A stretch of 64,000 bases of DNA from Eledone cirrhosa (Eukaryota), in the NCBI GenBank assembly GCA_964016885.1, contig OZ024745.1, forward strand, positions 119,536,001 to 119,600,000. The letters are read 5' to 3'. The notes under the pieces are model-generated. The model was not told the DNA's origin. It searched no databases and was given only the letters and a program-made list of their open reading frames with translations. Positions 56,109-64,000 of this stretch are shown here, in pieces. Both the position numbers and the translations under genes were made by a program. How positions within the stretch are numbered: the first letter of the stretch is position 1; every line of letters begins with the position of its first letter.

Positions 56109-56289
56109 GGAGGTGAATTGGCAGTATCGGTAGAGGGTTGGAAGCCATGCTTTCCAGTATAGTTACGGTCTGAGTTCAAATCCCGCCGAGGTTAACTTTG
56201 ACTTTCATCCTTAAGGGGTCGATAAAATAATGTACCAGTAATGCAGTGAATATTTGCTGGCCTTGTGTCAAAAGTAGAAACAATTATTA
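56109..56289 (+). mobile_element. SINE family B
   Basis: Full head, core and tail, with a small deletion. Confidence 0.85.
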
Positions 56290-56668
56290 CATTTTCATAT
56301 TTGATGACAGACTCGTTATTTGTATATATTATAAGTTTTTTTATCCTGAATTCTAATCATTAGTTAATGTATATTAACTATTGATTAGAATTCAGGATTG
56401 CCTCTCATTATAAGAAGCAATGAAATAAGAAATATGGACAATCCTTAATTACAAATAAGATAAAAGGGAATAAAAAATAACAACAATGAAGTACGGTTTT
56501 GATTTTATCATTATTATGAAAATAAAGAAATCATTATTTTATATTTAAAACACCCCAAATGTTGTTTCCCCATTGGCATACACAAACACACACATATTCA
56601 AAGACAAAGACACACACGCACACACACACACAAACACACACGCACACACATACATATATATATAAATA

Positions 56669-57942
56669 TTTCTTCTTCTTCTTCTTCTTCTTCTTCTTCT
56701 TCTTCTTCTTCTTCTTCTTCTTCTTCTTCTTCTTCTTCTTCTTCTTCTTCTTCTTCTTCTTCTTCTTCTTCTTCTTCTTCTTCTTCTTCGCTCACTTGCT
56801 CCTGAGTGGGTCGTGATGGCAGAGTCAACAAACACTCCTTTCAGCGGCTCCTGTAAGAAGCAACCATCTCCAAGTGACCCGACTGGATCCCCAAGCATGA
56901 CCAGCCATGCTGATGGATGTTATCCAACCAGATTGCTCGGTATCTACCCCTGGGTTTCTTGTTGGCTGGTTTGGCCCGCGAAATCTGTCCAGCGACTCTT
57001 TCCTCAGGTATTCTAACCACGTGCCCATACTATCGGACCTGTGATCTCCCAATTAGGAGAAGTAGCAGCTCTACCTGGAATGAATCTCTGATTTTAACGT
57101 TACTTTATGAAGTAACGTTACTCAAAAGACCCTTCGGAGGAATCTTATTTCTGCCGCTTGTATTCGTGATCTTATTGTTTCGGTCATTACACATGATTCA
57201 TGACCCTAAGTAAGGATTGGCATGAACGCCGAATTGAAGATGTCTGGAAAAGAGATGCTGGGAGATTGTTGAGTCCAGGCTAGCTGATTAACAGTGAGGT
57301 TTTCACCCTAAGAGCAAGCACAGCCGCCCAAATATTCACACTGAGGGAGGTATTCAAGAAAATTGTGGAAGTATTGCCAAGAGTTATATTCTATTTTTGT
57401 AGACCTCGAAAAGGTATGTTACCGTGTTCCTCGGGACCTGCTGTGGAAGGCTGTGCAGGATTATGGGATTGATGGTCAGCGATGTCTGCTTGTCTGTTGA
57501 CCGAATTTGAAGGAGGTTATTCTTTTGAACACACACATACATACACTTGCTGCCCTGATGTCTCTATACGAATAGCCGAGTATTCAGATAAATAGTGTCT
57601 ACTCTTACATCTCCTGTTCATTACATTATATCCATGAACAGGATTGACATGCGCAGCCCGGTTGGAAGTGGTATGATGAGCGCTGCAGGTGTAAGATCAG
57701 TCGGCTGGAACTTGCAGATGATATGGTGTTATTTAACATGACAGAAGATGATCTTCGACTTGCACTTGATAGGATTGATGCCGAGGGGTGCATGGCTCGA
57801 ATGAAAATCAGTGAAAACTGAGATACTTGTCCTCTCAAGGAAGCCTGCGCAGTGCACTCTATATGTGAATCGAGTTCCACTGAAGCAGGTAGAGAAGTTC
57901 AAGTTCCTTGTGGCTGTGTTCACGTGTGATGGAAGGCAGGAG
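56669..57942. mobile_element. RTE LINE (R2-related) with (GAA)n tail: 3' end on the minus strand (56790-57240), upstream RT on the plus strand (57245-57942)
   Basis: Minus: FMPILT*GHES...KPRGRYRAIWLDNI. Plus: QIFTLREV..FVDLEK..RVPR, ELADDMVL...KQVEKFKFL..FTCDGRQE. Confidence 0.8.
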
Positions 57943-58039
57943 GCTTAAATATGTGCAAAGAGTAAGAGTCGCAAAAACTGGCTCAATAACGCGCCAGTTT
58001 CAGCATTGAGCACACACACATAGACACTCACACATACAG

Positions 58040-58097
<58 letters not shown>

Positions 58098-58099
<2 letters not shown>

Positions 58100-58162
58100 C
58101 GAAGGAAGAGTGGTAAGGAACCAGATGGACCATAACGCACCAGAGTATTCAATACTTAGGGT
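58098..58162. mobile_element. Family P7 terminal fragment attached to (TA)n
   Basis: AACGAAGGAAGAGTGGTAAGGAACCAGATGGACCATAACGCACCAGAG. Confidence 0.75.
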
Positions 58163-58642
58163 AACAACTTTAGTCTCTCTGTCGCTCTTCACTCTCTAAT
58201 ATTATAAAGGTTAGCGTCGTCTCTCTCTCTCTCTCTCTCGCTTTCACCCTCTCTATAATTTAACTGTTTACTCTCTGTCTCTCCTCACTCTCTATATGAC
58301 AACATTCTTTTACTTTCCGTATCTACCTTCAATATATCAACATAGACATGAGCTTCGTATGTATGTTTATTTCAAAAGAATAACCTCCTTCAAATTTGGT
58401 CAACAGACAAGAAGGTAATACATACATCAAAAGGCAACCCTCTTAGAGAGACAAAGAGTGAAATAGACAGATTAGGAAAACTACACATACACACATCTAA
58501 AGAGAGAGAGAGCGAGAGGAGAGAGGAGAGAGCGAGAGAGAGGAGAGAGGAGAGAGCGAGAGAGACAGGGAAAGAGAAACAGAGGGACGGGAAAGCAGGT
58601 AATACATACATCTAAAATCATTTGGATACAAATACAATAATA

Positions 58643-58805
58643 TAATTGTTTCTACTTTAGGCACAAGGCCAGCAAATACCCAGTTCATTACTGGTACTTT
58701 ATTTTATCGACCCAGTAAGGATGAAAGGCAAAGTCAACCTCGGCGGGATTTGAACTCAGATCGTAAAGGGACGTAACTATGCTGGAAAGCATGGCGTCCG
58801 ACCCT
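58643..58805 (-). mobile_element. SINE family B (5' truncated)
   Basis: Core and tail present. Confidence 0.85.
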
Positions 58806-58882
58806 TGTTTGCAGAACACGAAAATACAGACAAATATAATAATGTATGTATCCCACACACTTTCTCTGTCGTCGCTCGCATA

Positions 58883-59002
<120 letters not shown>

Positions 59003-59150
59003 GCGCACACACACACACACACACACACAAATACACATACTTTCACAGCTGATTTCGCCAATTGCCGGATAACATCAAAACAAAACACACAGACACACAC
59101 ATGCACAAACACACATACACACACACAAACACACACACATATCTATACTT

Positions 59151-59182
<32 letters not shown>

Positions 59183-59399
59183 TGTATGTATGTATGTATC
59201 TGATATAACACCTGCAACCCTGATGGTATCCAATGATGTTGACTTGTTCTTCTTTTTGGTAAATATCATCTTGGTTAAGAGAGTGGGACTGGCTTTGTGG
59301 AGTGCCTTTGCTCACTATAAAAGCTTCACGGCACAGGCATTGCTTTATATCTGGAGATCTCTCTGCACTTGTCGTCACATGGTACCATGGGCCCAGCAC

Positions 59400-59570
59400 T
59401 ATGTGTCAATAATTGTCACAAGTGTAGTGTTTGTACCAGAGTTTTCAAGTCGCTGGCTGGACTAAAAAGTCACACTCGTTCAGCGCATCGGTAGGGGTTC
59501 TCCTACATGGATATAAAGTAGTGGCTGTACTCGAAAACGAGTTGACAGCCACCATGTACGTGTGTATGTA
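59400..59570 (+). mobile_element. Probable RTE/BovB-type LINE 3' end with terminal C2H2 finger
   Basis: 59408-59494 encodes NNCHKCSVCTRVFKSLAGLKSHTRSAHR*, followed by a hairpin (GTGGCTGT...ACAGCCAC) and a TATG-like tail. Confidence 0.55.
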
Positions 59571-59954
59571 AGATCATTCCTCCTCTCTATAATGTAACTG
59601 CTTTACTCTCTCTGTCGCTCTTCACTCTCTATATGACAACACAGTTTTAGTTTCCGTATCTCTCATATATACAGAGAGAAAGGGAGAGAAAAAAAGAGAT
59701 TTAGAGAAAGATTAGGAAAACTACACACGCACATCTACAGAGAGAGACAGAAAAACAGAGGGAGGGGAAAAGAGAGAGAGATAGGCCTTTAGACAGAGAG
59801 AGATACAATTACAGTGTTAGTTATTCAGAGAGGGAGAGAGTGAGAGAGAGAGAGTCGGAAGGACAATGTGACACGGGAGGGTGTGTGGTATCTTTGCAGT
59901 GGAGTGGTGGGGGCAGGTATACTTATCCGAGCGGCAGTCGGAGGGGCCATCTAG

Positions 59955-60030
<76 letters not shown>

Positions 60031-60032
<2 letters not shown>

Positions 60033-60735
60033 GGAGAAAGTATGACCCCGACGGCAAAGCTCAAGCTGTTTCGACGGCTATTTCTGGACTAAATTAGAAT
60101 TTTTAGCCTGGTGAATAAATAGCTGAATTGTCAAGGGGGTACTTCCTTATATGGCAAGTTGTAGTTGTCAAGTGGATTGGTTAACATTTTTTGTAAACAC
60201 AAATAAGTCTAATATGGCATTTGGTGGAAGGTAGGGGTGGCTGAACTTGCCTGTAGAACAATAGGGAAGTGAGTGGAGCGGTCAAGCTTTGAAAGTGATA
60301 TGTATACAGCAGATTCTAAGGATTAGATTTACCTATAAGCTCCCTCCTCTACTTCAAACACTCTCCTTAGAATCTGCTGTATACCTATCACTTCCAATGG
60401 TTGACCGCTCCACTCACTCCCCTATTGTTCTACAGGCACGTTCAGCTACCCCTACCTCCCACCAAATGCCATGATAGAATTATTTGTGTTTACAACAAAT
60501 TTTAACCAATCCTCTTGACAACTACAATCTTCCCATATAAGGAAGTACCCCCTTGACAAGTTCAGCTATTTATTCACCAGGCTAAAAATTCTAATTTAGT
60601 CCAGAAATAGCCGTCGAAATGGCTTGAGCTCTGCCGTCGGGTGTCATACTTTTTCCTATTTCCCACTCTACTACCCTAAGTATTGAGTACTCTGGTGCGT
60701 TATGGTCCATCTGGTTTCTTACCACAATTCCTTCG

Positions 60736-60738
<3 letters not shown>
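60031..60738. mobile_element. Family P7 large fold-back (arms ~290 bp) plus ~80-bp unpaired tail, flanked by (TA)n; variant HHR in each arm
   Basis: 60031-60322 is reverse complementary to ~60363-60658, with roughly one mismatch in ten by eye. Confidence 0.85.
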
Positions 60739-60789
<51 letters not shown>

Positions 60790-62360
60790 GTTTGAATATG
60801 TGTAATAAAGCCAAAACAATGCAGGTATGGACATAGAAAAAAGAATGCAATTGTAAAAGATATTGTTGACAATTCGCCTTTATCTTGAATTTATTTAAAT
60901 GTCCTTAATTTTCGAGATAATATCTCTTCTTCGGAGGGAAATAAAGGTCTCAAACCAGCGCTTTAAATATCTAGCCAAGCCATGCTGACAGGAAATAGTA
61001 TAGAGTATCTGTTCTATCTCTAATATCAAAGAATTAAAATTAGGTGGATAAAGAGTAGTCTCCCTTTAAAAGGGGTTTGTTTAGGGGTTTTTTTGTTTTT
61101 ATTTTATATACATGCCTGTATACGTGTGTGGGAGAATGCCTGAAGGTGTAAGTATGTGGGTGTGTGTGTGGGAGTGTGGGAAGATAGGTCTATTCGTAAA
61201 TGTGGGGGGTAGGTGTTATCTGGTGTTAGAACTGGTTTTGTGTGTGTATGTGTGAGAGGGAATAAGTGGAGGTGTAAGCGTGTGTGTGGGGGGTGTGTGT
61301 AAATATGGGGCTAGAGGCCCTATCAGGTTATAAATTGGGTGTTGAGTTCTAGTCTATTATTGATTGGTGGTTGTGTTTTATCTATAATTAGTGCTTCCTT
61401 AATTCTAAGATTGCCGAGGTTTCTTTCCTTAGTTTCTATCCTAACTGTTATGGTTTTATCGGTGTTTTTGCATTTAACTAGGTGTTTCTTAAATGAGGAA
61501 GCGTTAGTATTGAGGTGTTCTTTTATTCTTATGTGGACTGGTCTGGTGGTGCTACCTACGTAGAAGTTGTTGCATTTGTCACACTCTAGTCCGTATACTA
61601 CGTAAGCCTGGTGGCATAAGTCTGTGTCGTTGATGGGGCAGTTGGCTAGTCTGCAGCAGTTGTCATGTCTGGTGGAGTGTCTCTTGGCCAGCCGTCCGCG
61701 CAGAGAAGGACCCGAGTGGGCCAGTTGGATATCCAGTCCCTCTCGTCTGATGGCTCTGCGGATGGCTGTTGTTTTTTCTTCGCTGAAGTGTGGGAGCTTC
61801 AGGAAGCAAGTGTTAGAGCCTCGTGTGTGGTGTCCTCTGTTCTTTCTGGCACGGTTTGTGGTGGATGTCGTGTATCCGTTCAGTTTGAGTACTTCCAGGA
61901 AATGTGTGGTGTGTGTGTCTCGGTCTCTAGCGTCGGTGCATTTGTTCTTGATACGTGCCAGTTCGTTCCTTATGTATCCGAACTTGGCACCGAGTGGGAG
62001 GGCCGATCTGAAATGTACGAACAGGTCCCTGCTGGCGGATGTTTTATAGAAGCAGGTGTGGATGTTGCCTTCCTCTGTTACCCTGAGTTGGAAGTCCAGT
62101 AGGGATAGGGATCCGCGGTCATCGGGGTGTTCCATGCTGAACTTTATACTGGCGTCCATGCTGGAGAATGTTGTGTATATTTTCTCTGCCTCCTCACGGG
62201 ATGATGTAAGGATGAGTATGTCATCTACATATCGGGTGAAGAAAGCATGAGAATGGCAGGTGTTGAGGGCTCGGCATTCTAGCTGGTTCATGTAGGTGAT
62301 GGCCAGCAGGCCCGATAGGCTGGATCCCATGGGTAATCCTGTTGTCTGTCTGTATGTCTT
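60790..62360 (-). mobile_element. 5'-truncated Penelope-like element: RT from the GLPMGS motif, thumb, GIY-YIG endonuclease and 3' terminal repeat
   Basis: YRQTTGLPMGSSLS, RYVDD, SLLDF, NGY and VVYGLECDKCNNFYVGSTTRPVHIRIKEH in an uninterrupted frame; HHR-like motif at 60902-60940. Confidence 0.92.
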
Positions 62361-62540
62361 ACCAGCGAACCTTCCTTCCAGGCATAACCTACTCACATCA
62401 CGAGTTGATCTTTTTATATGTTCGTATAGTTTGAGTAATCTTGACTTCACAATTGATGTAATTGGTTTAAGTTTGGTAATGTTGAGGAGCTCACTGATAC
62501 AGATACGATCGCTGACCCCCTTGCCAGTCATATGTCTCAT
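61323..62540 (-). CDS. 405-aa chimeric ORF: ~61 aa of RTE (R1) sequence fused in frame to a truncated PLE RT plus GIY-YIG; expression unknown
   Basis: The N-terminus DRICISELLNITKLKPITSIVKSR..LCLEGRFAGK matches the 10098 and 13219/13800 RTE copies; the remainder is PLE. Confidence 0.5.
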   Translation of the reverse strand: MRHMTGKGVSDRICISELLNITKLKPITSIVKSRLLKLYEHIKRSTRDVSRLCLEGRFAGKTYRQTTGLPMGSSLSGLLAITYMNQLECRALNTCHSHAFFTRYVDDILILTSSREEAEKIYTTFSSMDASIKFSMEHPDDRGSLSLLDFQLRVTEEGNIHTCFYKTSASRDLFVHFRSALPLGAKFGYIRNELARIKNKCTDARDRDTHTTHFLEVLKLNGYTTSTTNRARKNRGHHTRGSNTCFLKLPHFSEEKTTAIRRAIRREGLDIQLAHSGPSLRGRLAKRHSTRHDNCCRLANCPINDTDLCHQAYVVYGLECDKCNNFYVGSTTRPVHIRIKEHLNTNASSFKKHLVKCKNTDKTITVRIETKERNLGNLRIKEALIIDKTQPPINNRLELNTQFIT

Positions 62541-62934
62541 GTGTTAACACCAATGTCAAAGACGAGTTTGACAAATCCTTTTCTTATACAGTTGTAAAGT
62601 AATAGTTATTATGGTTCTTCGAAATGCATTTTTTCGTCACAGATATTGATAAATGTTTAGAAATTCTGATAAAATAATAATGACAATTTCTTTATATTAT
62701 TAATATTAGTTAAGTAGTTGTTGCTGTATCGCTAAGTAGATCTTTTGTTGTTTGTTGCATGTATTTAAAAATATTTTCAATTCTATTCACGCTGGAAGTT
62801 TTAAAATGGAAGCTTGTATATATTCTGAATATTTTATTATATGTTTCTAATGGTGTTGACATTTTTTCATATTTAAATTTTGAACATTTCTTCAAAATTG
62901 TTTGTTTGTACACGAACACTTGCGCACATAATAA

Positions 62935-63430
<496 letters not shown>

Positions 63431-63761
63431 GAATTTAAAACTTTAGATGACAGGTAAATTACTTGCGAAAGATCTATCGTTTCATCTTATGAATCGTCAG
63501 AGTAATGAGAAAAAAAATTAGAATATTTAGAATTCAGGGAACCTTGCGGGCAAATTACGCTGTACATTTCTTGAAACTTGTATGCATTTGCAATTTTGAC
63601 TTTTTTCTCATTACATCATGGAATCACACGACGAACAGAAAATATATTAATTTAGCTTTCAGCTAAAAGAAAAATCAATGTATCATACACGATGTCTTTA
63701 TGAAATGGTTCATAGTTTTATGTTTACCACCCTGATCATGTATTCTATTGAACAACACACT

Positions 63762-63794
<33 letters not shown>

Positions 63795-63800
<6 letters not shown>

Positions 63801-63832
63801 CACAAATATGACCCTCCCCAAGTATAACAATA

Positions 63833-63931
<99 letters not shown>

Positions 63932-63966
63932 TGTTATACTTGGGGAGGGTCATATTTGTGTAATAT
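63795..63966. repeat. Palindrome: perfect 36-bp inverted arms around a (TA)n core
   Basis: ATATTACACAAATATGACCCTCCCCAAGTATAACAA versus TTGTTATACTTGGGGAGGGTCATATTTGTGTAATAT. Confidence 0.9.
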
Positions 63967-64000
63967 TGCCAGAATTAATAACAGAACACACTCACTGTTT

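Noticed and set aside
59408-59494. Host C2H2 zinc-finger gene exon
   Set aside because: Single finger without TGEKP linkers, followed by a stop, hairpin and simple-repeat tail as in RTE-type 3' ends.

Overview
AT-rich, repeat-dominated eukaryotic DNA with no recognisable intact host protein-coding gene, rRNA or tRNA gene. The mix of long (TA)n, (CA)n and (CTT)n microsatellites, two very abundant tRNA-derived SINE families, and RTE, CRE, Vingi-like, mariner and Penelope-like fragments resembles an invertebrate genome, most plausibly an octopus or other cephalopod (inference). Most long ORFs in the track are microsatellite artefacts. The most notable signal is a dense set of short Penelope-like (PLE) terminal-repeat remnants, mostly embedded in microsatellites and often arranged as fold-back inverted duplications. 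About ten different families carry hammerhead ribozyme (HHR) cores, both canonical CUGANGA...GAAA and the variant CUUGANAA...GAAA type. Some copies look intact, and one family shows compensatory stem changes between copies. Other points of interest are a 404-bp near-perfect palindrome, an in-frame RTE::Penelope chimeric 405-aa ORF, and two RTE LINE copies with twin-priming-like 5' inversions. All structures were read by eye, so boundaries are approximate.
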